Origin: Callorhinchus milii
Taxonomy: Eukaryota
Assembly: GCF_018977255.1 (NCBI RefSeq)
Contig: NW_024704743.1
Coordinates: 50,842,001-50,906,000 of the forward strand
DNA length: 64,000 bases
Direction of reading: 5' to 3'
Made by a program: the position numbers and the translations under genes
Shown here: positions 1 through 11,849 of the stretch, piece by piece
Numbering within the stretch: the first letter of the stretch is position 1
How the letters are laid out: every line of letters begins with the position of its first letter
The notes under the pieces: model-generated
Seen by the model: the letters and a program-made list of their open reading frames with translations, nothing else
Database searches by the model: none
Told to the model about the DNA's origin: nothing

Positions 1-1932
1 ATTTGTGAAGTATACTGAGGGCAGCTATGGCTGCACCAATATGCTTTATAAAAGCAGTCCTATTGTTTGTGCAATTTTAATGTATACTCTTCTTATGTTG
101 CATGATACTAAATTGTTTGAAGAATTACATTTCATATCTCTAGTGTACAGAACCTCCTGTTGTTTTAATGCAGCCTCTGCGACTCTACAGTGATGTATCT
201 TTGTCATTTTGCAAGAACATGTCTAGGATCCAGACAATTGTTTTGCTGATGACAGCACAATGTATGACTGACACTTTGCAATAGATTAGAAAGGATGAAA
301 GGGGAGGAAGAGAATATGTTGGAATAGGGACAATCAAAGTGACACTGAAATAATAAACAGGAAAGTTAACCACTTTTTTATTAATGATTGAAGCATATGT
401 TAAACTTCTATAATAAACATAGTTATGATAACTCAATGTCCTATTTCAACATTTTTTTCCACTTCAGAAGCATATTGAAGGCGATCTCAGAGCCAAGTGG
501 TGATGCTTTGCTGTCATTTGCATTTTCAGCCAGCAAACAAAAACCTAGGCAGAGCCTTGCCCCTGACATTAGAGGAACTCGGAAAGATTTTGATGTCAAT
601 TTGTAATTCCTGATGGAGCCCTGTGTCCTTTAAGTATAGGCAAGTTAGCAGCCATCCTCTTCCTCCTCCCTACGTGGTCTACTAAGAAACTGGAAGCAAA
701 TATATTCTTAAAGAGACATGTTAAATTCTAGTTTATATATTCATCTAGTAACACTCAATATGGGATACCAATGCTCAATTTGTGGCAAATAACATTATTT
801 ATAGCATCCTTGCTAAGAGAATCATGAGTGCGACTCAGTATTTACTATTGCACAGGAATCCCTTAATGTTAATGACAACCTTATAATATGACAGGTGTTG
901 CTGTGGTGCAAACAAGACATTGTGCAAAGGGGTTCAGAACATGTAAAAATACAGCCGCATTATTTACACTGATTATGATAATCAGTTAATATGATATGCT
1001 TTATTATTGCTAATCTAATCATCTTCTCTACTTTTGATGACTTTTTTTATTTTCTTAAACAAATGCTATATAACGTACACATTCAAAGTTAGACCGAAGT
1101 TTACTTATCACGTTACTTTCAAACTCCACCTAATGAGGGGGTTTCGCTGTCAAAAACTTCCATTTCACAAGTACAGAGTAGATTCGGTACAATTTGTGCC
1201 CAATTATTTCATACCGAAACTATTCAATGAAAGCCCAGTCGGCATCTACATGTATTCTTATCAACTGCATTATTATCAGTTCTTCCCACTATCCCATCTC
1301 AAAAAGGTCAGCTTTGAGATGTAAAATGCGCATTAAGATCAAGCTTTTAATTTCATTGCTTAACTTTGTCCTCTCCTATGGCTTTTCAGAGCAAGTTTCA
1401 TGTGCTGGTAGCAGATTTAAAGCAGCAAGGCTGAAACGATATAAAAGTGGAATAATGTAGCAGGAATCAAATTTGCATGGTCAAATGTCAAAAAAATTAG
1501 GACTTCCTTAGAACCTTGTCAAGTGAAATAAAATAACTGCCCAGCTCAACAGCCAGCATGTCATTATCTGTTAGTTCAAGCTGTCATCAGCGGCTAGGGG
1601 TGGAAACAGCGGTCATTAGCTGAAAATATGCCAGTAAGCATGCACTTTTCTGTCTGACGGTATTTTACAGCCTCCGAATGTGTAACAATGCCTGCTCTCT
1701 CTTGACAGGGGCAAGCTCAACATTAATAATCATCCCTTGGCAGCCAGAGGCTACTGGATAAATACTCATTTAAAGTAATCACTTTATTTCAGCCCTGTAA
1801 TGACATTAACAAGCTTGGAATATGAGAATTACACAAGTCAGAACAAATAACTGAATATTTCATAGGCAAAGGAGGTAGCAAAGATTTGTCTGAATAAGAT
1901 TGTACTATTCACTCACTATTGCTCACAAGCAG

Positions 1933-1961
1933 TTACAGGACTGGGAATCACAGTCCTGTAA
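1933..1961. repeat. Perfect 11-bp inverted repeat (hairpin)
   Basis: ttacaggactg-(ggaatca)-cagtcctgtaa. Confidence 0.85.
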
Positions 1962-1989
1962 AATGTTTTTTATTCCCTGCATATGGCGC

Positions 1990-2091
1990 TTATCTGTGTG
2001 TTTATATGTTTCCGCATGCATTTATATGTGAGTGCATGTGTTTATATGGGTATGCGTTTAAATGTGTACATCATGTGTTTATATGTGTGTG
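1990..2091 (+). repeat. Degenerate ~20-bp TG/TA-rich minisatellite
   Basis: Recurrent gtgtttatatg / catgtgtttatatgtg units. Confidence 0.6.
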
Positions 2092-3551
2092 ATTGGGGAT
2101 TATTGGATACTTTAGAATTGTAACCTATCCTTAAAAAAATTCATCACAAATTGAATTTGATTTCATTTTCCTGTCACTGCAAAAATCTGATACGTGAAAA
2201 GCAAATCAAACTGATTGTACAGAGTTTTGATATTTTGAGATTTAATCAATTTAAAAAAAATGATAAACTGGGAAATTGTATTTTCACTTAAAAATCCCCC
2301 AGTGAATAATTTTCATCTTTGTCGGGCAGGTCCCAGCCATAATGTGCAGGGATTGAGTTAAAAGTGACAAGGAGATGAGCACAAGGCACATTATCTTGAC
2401 AAAATCAGGCTCAGAAAATTAGCTTGTGCCTGCATTATTAAAATAACAAGGAATATTTCATTCAACTGTGCAAAATAGTCATCCTAATTGTCCACTTTAG
2501 CTGATTTCCCTCTGGCTTCACGATCAGTCAATTTATGCTGTTGGTTCTGAGATTCTGGAAATCCCATTAGGGAAAAGTGCAATGGCAGCCCAAAGCACCC
2601 TCATTTATTTTAATAACCTGCCAGGAAGACATAAAAATGTTAAAGTTAGAAGTCTGTAACATGACAGTAAACTGACTTGTCAGATCCAGATTAAAAATGT
2701 GTTTTAAAGCACTTTTTTCCCCCATGTGCCTCCAAAGGAAAATGAGGAACTAATTGGCAAATTACTTAGTTGGCTGCATTAATATTAACAGCTAAGAGCA
2801 ACAGTTGAATTGCTATGTTTATTTCTACAATTCACGTTAATAAGAATCATGGATTTGAGGCCAATTTATGAAAACTAAAAGTGATTTAACTTTGACATTA
2901 GTTAATTCAAAAAGTTAAATTTGAAACAAATCGAATCAATTGACATTCAGAATATTAACTGTCACCATCACAGCTCAGCTTTGCTCTAAAGTTCAATGCA
3001 TTCTTAGTATACTGCTGAAAAAATAACATTTCATTGTAGAAAATGTATTTACATTAATATCCTTTTGAAATATGTTTATGGCATTCCAAATTTTTTTTCA
3101 CAGCTGTTTGAAGCATTGTTGTAGTTTGAAAGTAACTTTTATTTTAACATTTTGTCATTCCTTGTTCAAGTTGTTTTTCCATCTCTTTTCCCCTATGTTG
3201 TGCATATTGACTAAAAGAGAAGGCAAATTACCTGTTCCTAAGCTTGTTCCAATTTTGTTTCTACGACCAACCACTAACACCTAGGTTAAACTATATTGAG
3301 ATCTAAATTGTGTTTTTTCTTAAAAATTACATTACGGAATCCGAGTCATGCAAATAGGGATTTCTCTTAACAGAAAGTACATCACAGAGACATTCTGATC
3401 TGACTCGATCAAGTTCCAAAGTAGGGTTCCCAAGGGAGCAAGGGAATTCTAATAAATCCATTAGATTAAACTCAAGAGCCATTCTTATGCCGGAACAAAT
3501 TCTTTCCATCATACTGCATATGCTGTCAGACTCTCCACAGCTACCTTCATT

Positions 3552-3906
3552 TAATGATAATAATCCTTGCATTTGATATAGCGGCTTATCACGTCGTTGA
3601 GATGCCTCAAAGAGCTTCACAGAATATAATGTAAAGTGAATCGACTATATTTTGTGGGTGAAACGCGACAGTCAATTGCACACAGCAGTTGTGACCAAAT
3701 CATTATTGTTATTATTATTATTTTAAGACAGATTATTAACCCCAGAAAGCAACTTTTAAGCAGAAAGTAGGAACCCAGCTGTTAGTCGATTGGCAGTTGC
3801 TAACAGGCGTGTGGAGTAAGGAACTTGCCTCAGGTTTCTCCCTGGAATTGAACCTGGATCCTCTCGTTTGCGAGCCGAGTGCTCTAAACACTAAGCTACA
3901 GGAGTT
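3552..3906 (-). mobile_element. Young tRNA-derived SINE, long form, near full length
   Basis: Reverse complement of the tRNA-like head (..gagtgctctaaacactaagctacagga), the internal aggaacccagctgttagtcgattggc segment and the taataatccttgcatttgatatagcg tail. Confidence 0.9.
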
Positions 3907-3994
3907 TCACTTTCTGAGAGAAGGGAATAAGTACTGATAATGCATTCAGTAAGATCACACAAGATCACACCAACAAATGGGGAGGTTATGCTAA

Positions 3995-4125
3995 TTTTGT
4001 TCACACACAGATATCTTAGGAAATGGAATGCCCTGCCAGAAGCAGTTGTTAAGACAGAATCCATATTGGATTTCAAAAGGGAACTAGATAGATATCTAAA
4101 AAGGTGTAAACTGGGGTATGGGAGA
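3995..4125 (+). mobile_element. CR1 LINE 3' ORF2 fragment
   Basis: Translates as FTHRYLRKWNALPEAVVKTESILDFKRELDRYL, matching the CR1 C-terminal WN.LP..VV...F K..LD motif. Confidence 0.8.
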
Positions 4126-4129
4126 AATT

Positions 4130-4272
4130 GCAGCCTCCCATCACAGCATCCAGCTGCTTTTAAAATGAGTCCAGTGTCCTGGGCTCAACCATTCTTCCAG
4201 ACAACCTGTTTCAATCATTAATTATCCTCTAGGTAGGTGAAAAAAATCATCCTGATGTCTGTCCTCTTGTTC

Positions 4273-4306
<34 letters not shown>

Positions 4307-4420
4307 GTCTTTGGTGCATCCTAAATTTTTGTTCTGGGTTTACTTTTTCAATCCTGTTTCAAATTTTAGTCACCTGTATAAAATCTCCTCTGAGTCATCT
4401 TCTCTCAAGACTGAAAATAA
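4130..4420 (-). mobile_element. Old CR1 LINE 3' fragment, tail-to-tail with the preceding CR1
   Basis: Shares catccagctg..aaatgagtcc.gtgtcctggg.tcaacca.tcttcc.gacaacctgtt with the copy at ~11930-12010. Confidence 0.7.
4273..4306 (+). repeat. (TAT)11 microsatellite
   Basis: Direct reading. Confidence 0.95.
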
Positions 4421-5234
4421 AGGAATATGAAATTTACCTCAGATTATCCGAATGGAATCAACCACCAGCAAAATGGTATAATACAAAATACATGTAATAT
4501 TTGTACTTACTGTAAAGCCTAAACAACTTATTTGAACATGTGAAATGCTTGGCTCCCCAGTGTCACACTGAGGGTAAAATGCAATATAATACAATAGAAT
4601 GAATTTTAATCGAAAGTTAGAAAAGCATTACAGGTAACTTGCTAGAAGGAAAATGTATGTGATAGCTCCATTTAACAAACTGAGGTAAATTGCTGTTATT
4701 TTATTGATTGAGTAATGAATGAAGGTGTATGAGCTTGTGATATTAGGTTATGTTCTTGTAGTGGATACAAGTAAACTTGAGTCAAGTTTCTGTCATTGAG
4801 ACTCTGTCATTCTGTCATCAACATTGTCATTGATTTGAGTTAACGAGACACTGCCCTGTGTGAAGGCTGCTATATAAATGCAACTTGTTATTGTTGTTGT
4901 TGTAATAATAATCCCATACCTGATGCCATGTAACAACATGATCACAGTCTAGAAGAGATGTTTTGATGAAGAGAGGATCAGCAGCTGTAGACTGGGTATC
5001 CAATCTGCCAGGTGATGTCCATCACAGTGTAGCGGAGGAAAGGGAATATTTAACAATGATCTGATGTTGACAGTGGCTTGGTCCTTTCCTGGAGCTCACG
5101 TGACTGCCCTTGGGAGTCAGGGACGGATTTTCCTTGAAATCTTTCTTTCCTCCAATTCGGCAGTAAATTTGGGCATTCTGTTTTTTTCATCATCTGTAGG
5201 AGGGAATAAAGGAGTGGATATAATTCCTTAAAAA

Positions 5235-5436
5235 TAATAATAATTAATTGGTCATGCAATTCACGACTGGTCGTGGGACACTGCTGTGAGCAATTGGCTG
5301 CCGCGTTTCGCCCAGAAAATATACAATCAATTCACTTTATATTCTGTGAAATGCTTTGAGATGTCTCGAAGATGTGATAAGGCGCTATATCAAATGCAAT
5401 GATTATTATTATTGGTAGTAGTAGTATTATTATTAT
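5235..5436 (+). mobile_element. 5'-truncated young SINE
   Basis: gtgggacactgctgtgagcaattggctgccgcgtttcgccc...gcgctatatcaaatgcaatgattattatt. Confidence 0.88.
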
Positions 5437-6364
5437 AGCTGGCAGGACTGGGGTTGATGTATAGGTGGATATTATGAGGTGGTGGTGGGGGGTAGATTTC
5501 CCTCAAGGAGTAAACTTGATGGGCTACCAGGACTTTTTTCGCCCTTTTCCCATTGCTGTTTTAAAATGTTTTAAAACCACACTTAATGAAAACAGCACCC
5601 CCTTTAAAACAGCTCTAAACCTGAAATGTCACTGCTCAAATTAGTAATTTGATTTTGCATGAATTGTTCCACTGTGTTTCATAAACAGAGCAAAGAATAT
5701 GAGGAACACTGTAATTGGAAGAGCCTATTAAGAGCAAAGGGAGCACATGTATCTTTGCTAAGAATATCGCAGTTGTATTTAGGAATTAAAACTGTTGGAA
5801 AAATTAATTGCCTGTCAAATCAGAAGAAGTTTGCCCTTGGCAAATTAGATGGGGAACTTTTTTTACAAGAAGACTTTTTAGTATTTTTTTAAACACAAAC
5901 GCATAAAGAAAAGAACTAAGTACATGACGTACTCAAAAAGGTTGGGCTCCGCAGCACCCATTGAATGAAAGAGGGGTGGTTAGTCTGTCAGACCACCAAT
6001 AAATCTCTAAATGGGCTGTTCTGTTACATGCTTGGCTGCAATCATAATTGGTTGTCAGTCAGATAGTAATTATATTGATTGTCATGACCCAATTGCTGTT
6101 TAGTTAAGAGTTTTTCTCTTAAAGATTTATGCAGTTATGCAGTTATCTCAGGTATAAATCCTCAAATGTCTAGTGCCTTGGGATATCCTCCCAACATGAA
6201 AGGCACTATGTAAATGCAATTTGCTGATGTGGTGGTGATGGTTCCAAATGATTTGAGAACTGGGCAAGTTCATTTGTTGTACGTCTTATTGTTCAATGTG
6301 GACCCAATTGCTTAACTTGCATTCAGCGAGGCAGGCTCAAGTTCATTTGTGGATCATTATATTT

Positions 6365-6476
6365 TTGCCTGCAAAATATACAGTCAATTTACTTTACAAT
6401 TTATTCTGTGAAGCACTTTGAGACGCTTCAAAGACGTGATAAGGCGCTATATCAAATGGAAGAATTATTATTATTA
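6365..6476 (+). mobile_element. 5'-truncated young SINE (3' third)
   Basis: cagtcaatttactttaca...ggcgctatatcaaatggaagaattattatt. Confidence 0.82.
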
Positions 6477-6561
6477 TTTTTTGAAAGATTTTATGAGACG
6501 TCTATTTAGCTGCTCATAAGGCATTTTAGTTTAGTGGCATGCTTCCCTTAGTTATTTTAAG

Positions 6562-6875
6562 GGAGTCCTGCAGCTCAGCGGTTAGAGCACTCGCTTTGCA
6601 AGTGAGAGACCTGAGTTCAATTCCAGGCAGGGCGAAACCTTGGGCAAGTTTCCTTACTCCACACGCCTAATAATAATCCCTCCAAAACCAAAAACAATAA
6701 TAAATTGGTCATTTTCAATCCACGACTGTTTGTGGGACATTGCTGTGCGCAATTGGCTGCTGCGTTCGCCCACAAATATGCAGTCAATTCACTTTACAGT
6801 GTCTTCTGTGAAGCGCTTTGGGACGTCCTCCCGACGTGAAAAGCGCTATATCAAATGCAAGGATTATTATTATTA
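6562..6875 (+). mobile_element. Full-length young tRNA-Ala-derived SINE, short form
   Basis: A box (agctcagcgg), B box (gagttcaattcc), ctcgc-tttgcaa-gtgag anticodon arm, L2-like tail, (ATT)n; about 14 mismatches (hand count) to the copy at 56487. Confidence 0.95.
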
Positions 6876-6924
6876 CTTAATGTGGCGGATTTGTGTCTCT
6901 GACTCAGAAACATCAGCCAAACCC

Positions 6925-7105
6925 TGCAGAGAAATTCCATCTGGATCTAGCTTTGCTCTATTTATGATAGAGTGTCCGGAATTTGGCATTTTTTAAAAAT
7001 ACAGCCTTAATTTGAGGTTGTTTTCTGTCATTTTGTTTTTAACAACCCACTGAAAACCAACTTCAAAGGTAAGATTGAATTCAAGAATTTTTCCTCTGCT
7101 ATTTT
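6925..7105. mobile_element. Partial copy of palindromic MITE-like family P
   Basis: gaaattccatctgg..tagagtgtccggaatttggca..aatacagccttaatttga matches the arm of 56185-56420. Confidence 0.65.
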
Positions 7106-7209
7106 CTGAATTTCAATTTCCCAATTGGAGGAAATTATTAGTAATTTTTACAGGCAATTGAAAATTTGTCCTACAATAGCTTATATTAGTAGGGATGCAA
7201 TGCTGAAAG

Positions 7210-7446
7210 TGTCTGCCCTTCCTCTCAGGAACTCCATTCCAGAATTCCTCTGACTTGTTCCATCTCTCGCATCATTCAAGGTCTGTCCGAAAACCTATCT
7301 TTGGGTCCGCACTATCGGTCAACTTTCCCCTCCCCCTCCCCTGGGCTCTTATCCCCAGCTTGGGTACCAATCATTTATTGCTAAGTGCTTTGGGACGTCC
7401 TCTTGATGTAAATGCACTATAGAAATGTAAATTTGCATTTTATTGT
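7210..7446 (+). mobile_element. Degenerate L2 LINE 3' end
   Basis: ggaactccattcc..ttcaaggtctgtccgaaaacctatct, C-rich UTR, tgctttgggacgtcctc..gcactatagaaatgtaa tail. Confidence 0.7.
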
Positions 7447-7964
7447 ATTTAAAATAGATTCTAGGAGTGTGAAATGTTATAAACATATAAACTGTAACTG
7501 TTTTACAATCATTATATAATAATCCGCCTGTTGAAATAATCATGACTAGAACATTTTAGTCAAGAATATGGAGGATACTGAGCAAGTTGGGTGTCTGCAC
7601 ACAATCTGATTCTATCAATATGTTCTGTATGGGCTGAAAGATATTACAGTCTGACCCTATGAGAGTTGACTGTTTCTTTCTAGTTTATACTCTCTTCTCT
7701 GAAGTGCCTGTAATTTCTATTCTTCATAGAGCCAATGTTGTTTAGCATGACTGCTGCATCTACTATATGAACATTTAGAAGGAAGAGAATAAAAGAATGT
7801 CTTATAGCCTTGTGGTACCTTTCTGTCAGTCATGCAAGTAATAAACATTCATTTGATTATTTGACAGTTGATGCTCATACGTATCATCCTTTTCATAATG
7901 AGGACCTGGAAGCTCTAAAAATACTGTCATGAGAGGAGCAGTAATGGGAGAGTTTGCTCATTTT

Positions 7965-8190
7965 AATGCCTTTTTCAAAACAACTCAAAGAGCTTCACAG
8001 GTAATTATTATTAAGTGTCGTGACTGCTGTTTGATAGCAAATACAGCAGCTATTTGCACTAATAAATTCTCAGAACAAACCAGATTAATGGTCAATGTAC
8101 CAAGAAGACCAGCAAACACTGCCTTCTCTTTTTGAATTGCATCGTGGGATTCTTAAAGTCTTCTGAAAAACAGATAGCCAGAACCTCATT
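7965..8190 (-). mobile_element. Degenerate Deu-domain SINE fragment
   Basis: cagcagctatttgcac..ttttgaattgcatcgtgggattcttaaagtc resembles the Deu SINE copies at 53423 and 55203. Confidence 0.55.
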
Positions 8191-8334
8191 TTTGGTGCCA
8201 TGGCCCCTCCCCCTTACAGGACTGAAGTTTAAACCAGATTAATCTGGATTATGGCTTCGATTAACACCAATCTGATACCTCTGGGTGGATCTGAAACATG
8301 CATAAAGAAGCCATTTATACCTCAGGTGGTAAAG

Positions 8335-8775
8335 ATCTGGGGATTCAGAGTAACAAGTCTGTAAAAGTAGCAACACAGGTGGATAAAGCAGTGGGAATGC
8401 AAATGGAGCCCTGAGTTTTAGGTCCAAAGAAACAGAATAAAAAAGCAAGGAAGTAATGTTAGATTTACTTCTAACTGGGACACTGCTGTGTGCAAATTGG
8501 CTGCCGGTTTCGCTTGCAAAATCCACAGTCAATCTACTTTACAGTATATTCTATGAAGTGTTTTGAGATGCCTCAACGACGTGATAAGGCTCTATATCAA
8601 ATACAAGCATTATTATCATCATTATTATATGAAACCTTGACTAAATCACATCTGTACAGTTCTGATTCTTATATTACAAGAAGGATATTGTAGCAATGGA
8701 GAAAGTGTATCATAGATTTACTAAGATGTTGCCAGGAATGAGAGGATACAACTCTAAGGAAACACGGAGGTGAGA
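8335..8775 (+). mobile_element. CR1 LINE RT C-terminal fragment, interrupted by a SINE
   Basis: gtggataaagcagtg..gcaaatggagccctg..aaaagcaaggaagtaatgttagattta..gaaggatattgtagcaatggagaaagtg..ttactaagatgttgccagga parallels the CR1 at 21408. Confidence 0.75.
8475..8627 (+). mobile_element. 5'-truncated young SINE inserted in CR1
   Basis: tgggacactgctgtgtgcaaattggctgcc..ctatatcaaatacaagcattattatc. Confidence 0.85.
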
Positions 8776-9339
8776 TGACTAATAATGATTTGAATTGCTT
8801 AATCATGTTATGGACTTGCAACTCTGCTTTGTGACCATTATTCTAGGCGCAATGATCCATCAGAAACATAAGTTCATGTTTTCAATGGATCCATTATCAG
8901 AGACACCTGAGACTATTTAAGGAGATGTGGTTAATAGAGCAATTCCTCTATAGTGAACATTTTCTTAACACTGATTCTTAATATGGTGTGTTTATAGATT
9001 AGTATTGATGTCTTTTAATAATGATAAATGGGAATGTTCCACTTTGGAAATGTGTCCCTGATCAGAGGCCCAACATGGTGCTGAAAATTGTTCTGGAAAA
9101 TTGTTAAATTCTGTCTTAGTTTGGAAACCAATTATTTTCAAAAAGCTTTGGTTGCTAAGTTAGCCGAACCTTAACTTACCAACCAAACCCAAGTTGATCC
9201 TTGAGTTGAAGCAAACCATTCAAAATATTTATTTGGATGTAAGTTCGATAGGGGAATTTGTCACCCCTAAATTTTGGTCCTTTGGTTCAAGTGAAACCTG
9301 TGATGGAGGACAGAAGTTTTAAAGCTAATGCATTTCTTA

Positions 9340-9501
9340 TTAGTCATTCCATCCACAACTGTTTGTGGGACACTGCTGTGCACAATTATCTGCCGTATTT
9401 TGCCCATAAAATATACAGTCAATTCACTATTCCCTGAAGCGCTTCAAGACGTCTCAATGATGTGATAAAGCGCTATATCAAATGCAAGAATTATTATTAT
9501 T
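9340..9501 (+). mobile_element. 5'-truncated young SINE
   Basis: actgtttgtgggacactgctgtg..gcgctatatcaaatgcaagaattattatt. Confidence 0.85.
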
Positions 9502-9509
9502 ACCCCAAC

Positions 9510-9752
9510 CTTTGTCAAAGGCTGTTAAGAGTCAAACACATGGAAGCAGACATATAGGGTAAGGATGGGATATTTCTTTCCCTGAAGGAAATTAATGAAA
9601 CAGTTTTAAATTTAAAACTATCCAAAAGCTTTGTGGACATTTATCAAGTGCCATTTTTTTAAAATTCAAGTTAAGAAAGTACCATGGCAGGATTCAATCC
9701 TATAACTGTTGGGTTGCCTATAGAGTAATATTACACTACACTATCATCCTCA
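9510..9752 (-). mobile_element. Old tRNA-headed SINE of a different family
   Basis: Minus strand: tagtgtagtgtaat (A-box-like)..ggattgaatcc (B-box-like)..ttcattaatttccttcagggaaagaaat..catccttacc..ttgactcttaacagcc; resembles a repeat I recall from shark genomes (from memory, unverified). Confidence 0.5.
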
Positions 9753-9754
9753 CA

Positions 9755-10058
9755 ATGTTAAAACGAGATCCGATCTGCCTGTTCAGTGAATCCCGTGAAG
9801 CACTTTGAGACATCTCCTAATGTGAAAGTCGCTAGAGCAAATGTAAGGATTATTATTATTTATTGCCACCTTAGTTCGAATGTTTCAAGAATGACATACC
9901 AATTTACAATATATTCTGTGAAGCGCTTTGAGATTTCTCAACTGCAACAACTTCTATTTATATAGTGCTCCTCACACAGGGTAGCGTCCCAGAGCACTTG
10001 ACAGTGACGGAGCACAGCATGATAAGACACTATATCAAATGCAAGGATTATTATTATT
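9755..10058 (+). mobile_element. Two SINE 3' fragments, the second interrupted by an antisense L2-type tail (~9941-10017)
   Basis: Two gtgaagc.ctttgaga tails; internal caacaacttctatttatatagtgc..gcgtcccagagcacttgacag is an L2 tail in reverse. Confidence 0.65.
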
Positions 10059-10629
10059 AAGCACAGAAATCCTTTAATCATCTCTTTCATCAAGGAATTT
10101 TCAGGTCATTTATGAGTTCACAGGCAACATTAGCTCCAGCATAGTCAGTACCATGTATTTTCATATTTTTATCACTCTTTTTAAAGTACTTATTTCAAAA
10201 TCCCCTGTTCACCTTCCCTCTATTGAGCTTCAATTCCACATTCCTAGTTGCAGAGTTTGAGGTTTCATAATCTCTTTGAAAAGTTCAGTGTGATCTCCTT
10301 GAGTCTGATTTAAGGATTGGTGAATGTTCTGTCATTTTTATTGAAGTGAACCTAAATTTGTGCTTTCCACTGGACATGAATTTTCGAATACAGTATTAAA
10401 TCAATATCATATTAACTCTCAGCCTGAGACCATCAATGTCAGCTTCACACCACCCAGACTGCCAATACTGCTGAAGATTGTAGCGATTTTTCCTTCACTA
10501 GATTTCTAGTGAAACGAGGTCCAGACGTTTCCCTAAACAAATAAAGGATTGGTGATATATTCCTTGCTAATACAACCATCCAAACATAGCAAAGATTTTT
10601 AAACAAAATCACAAACACTGTGTCATTTT

Positions 10630-11025
10630 GGTTCAATTGGTAGCATTCCTTCCTTTGGGTGAAAAGGATTTGAGTTTAATCCCAATTTCAGGAATGGAGC
10701 TCATATTTTGGGCTGCCACTATAGGCAATGGATGGCAATATTCTTTAGGCAGGGCTGAGTAAAACTTGTTGGGCATCCACACCACTGATTGACCAATAGA
10801 CCTGTCAGTCAAGCCATCCGCTCAACTTTAAGACAGTTCCATCGGCTCAGCCCCTACAGCCTTAGCCACCCACCACCTATGCTGACACTCCATCACTGTG
10901 CGTGGGGTGTGTGGGTGGGAGGAGCTCTGCATTACCATCTTGTGCCATCTTTCAGTTGAAAAGTTAAATCAAAGTTCCACCTTCCTAATCAGATGGATGT
11001 TAAAGAATCCATGGCACTATTGAAA
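10630..11025 (+). mobile_element. Old Deu-domain SINE (5' half) containing a MITE
   Basis: ggttcaattggtagcattc head; gccatctttcagttgaaaagttaaatcaaag..gatggatgttaaagaatccatggcactattgaa Deu core. Confidence 0.75.
10720..10881. mobile_element. Non-autonomous DNA transposon (MITE) with ~17-bp TIRs and 7-9 bp TSD
   Basis: TIRs tataggcaatggatggc / gccacccaccacctatg; flanks gctgccact / gctgacact; inner gggctgag..ctcagccc. Confidence 0.7.
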
Positions 11026-11027
11026 TT

Positions 11028-11330
11028 TACTTTGGTCAGCTGGGTGTCTGACGCATTAGGAAACTCATCACTGTGCTTGAAAGTATTGAAACCTGTCTGA
11101 AAGTTCCACATATGTGTGCAACCTACATGTGGAAATTTCCCCATGACTGGAATGGAATGCGCACTATCTCCTTGGAGTGACACGCCTTGCTTACCTAATT
11201 TAGGACACTGTTAGGGGCAGGTTGATGAGAGTCAAGGTTTGGGGATCGTAGAGTGTACATTGAATCGCATAATTTGCATTGAGACACTGTCTGGCAAGCT
11301 TCCTGTTGTTTGATGACACTATCCGCTGGA
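11028..11330 (+). repeat. Unclassified dispersed repeat, family X, copy 1
   Basis: Colinear similarity to 19030-19397 (reverse) and 28290-28620. Confidence 0.75.
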
Positions 11331-11557
11331 GCTTTGGCTGCAATATTTGAAAAGAAAGGGAATTTCACAACTAAGGCTGTATGTTGGATTTTTCTGTGTG
11401 TAAAATGCTTGTGAAGCAATTTCAGACATTGCAATCGGTAAAGTGCCATGAAACTGTAAGTTCTTTCACACTCCACTTGGTGGAGCATTATTGATAAATG
11501 ATGCAGTTTGGTCAAATTGTGAACTTTGAGCAATGAGGACAGGTCAATTGGAAATGT

Positions 11558-11775
11558 GTCCAGGTAGAAATTCCACCTGGTTTAGACTATTTTCTTAGCA
11601 TTTCAACATTAATAGAATTTGGTATACTGTTACATTTAATCTTAACTTTTCTTAAAAAACCCCAGAAAAATGGCTTCAAAATTAAGACTCAAATTAAGGA
11701 GTTGCTGAATTCTGCAAACTTTGAAACGCTAAAAGAATAGTGTAAGTCTAGATCGCAGGATTGAAGGCTCTCTGA
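11558..11775. mobile_element. Palindromic MITE-like family P copy
   Basis: ggtagaaattccacctggtttagact ... agtctagatc; internal cagaaaaatggcttcaaaattaagact matches 56185-56420. Confidence 0.7.
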
Positions 11776-11849
11776 AAATCAAGTGTTCTGTTGCTGACAG
11801 TATTGATGCTTCTGATATTATGGACTTGTTTCATTATTATTTGCCTTGT

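Noticed and set aside
1225..1260. Minus-strand HVDADWA resembling Copia RNase H
   Set aside because: No continuation of the motif; stops nearby; likely chance.
6640..6996. Repeated short ORFs (MGKFPYSTRLII..., also 56567 and 55263) as a small protein family
   Set aside because: They are translations of near-identical SINE copies; the poly-Tyr/Ile ends are (ATT)n tails.
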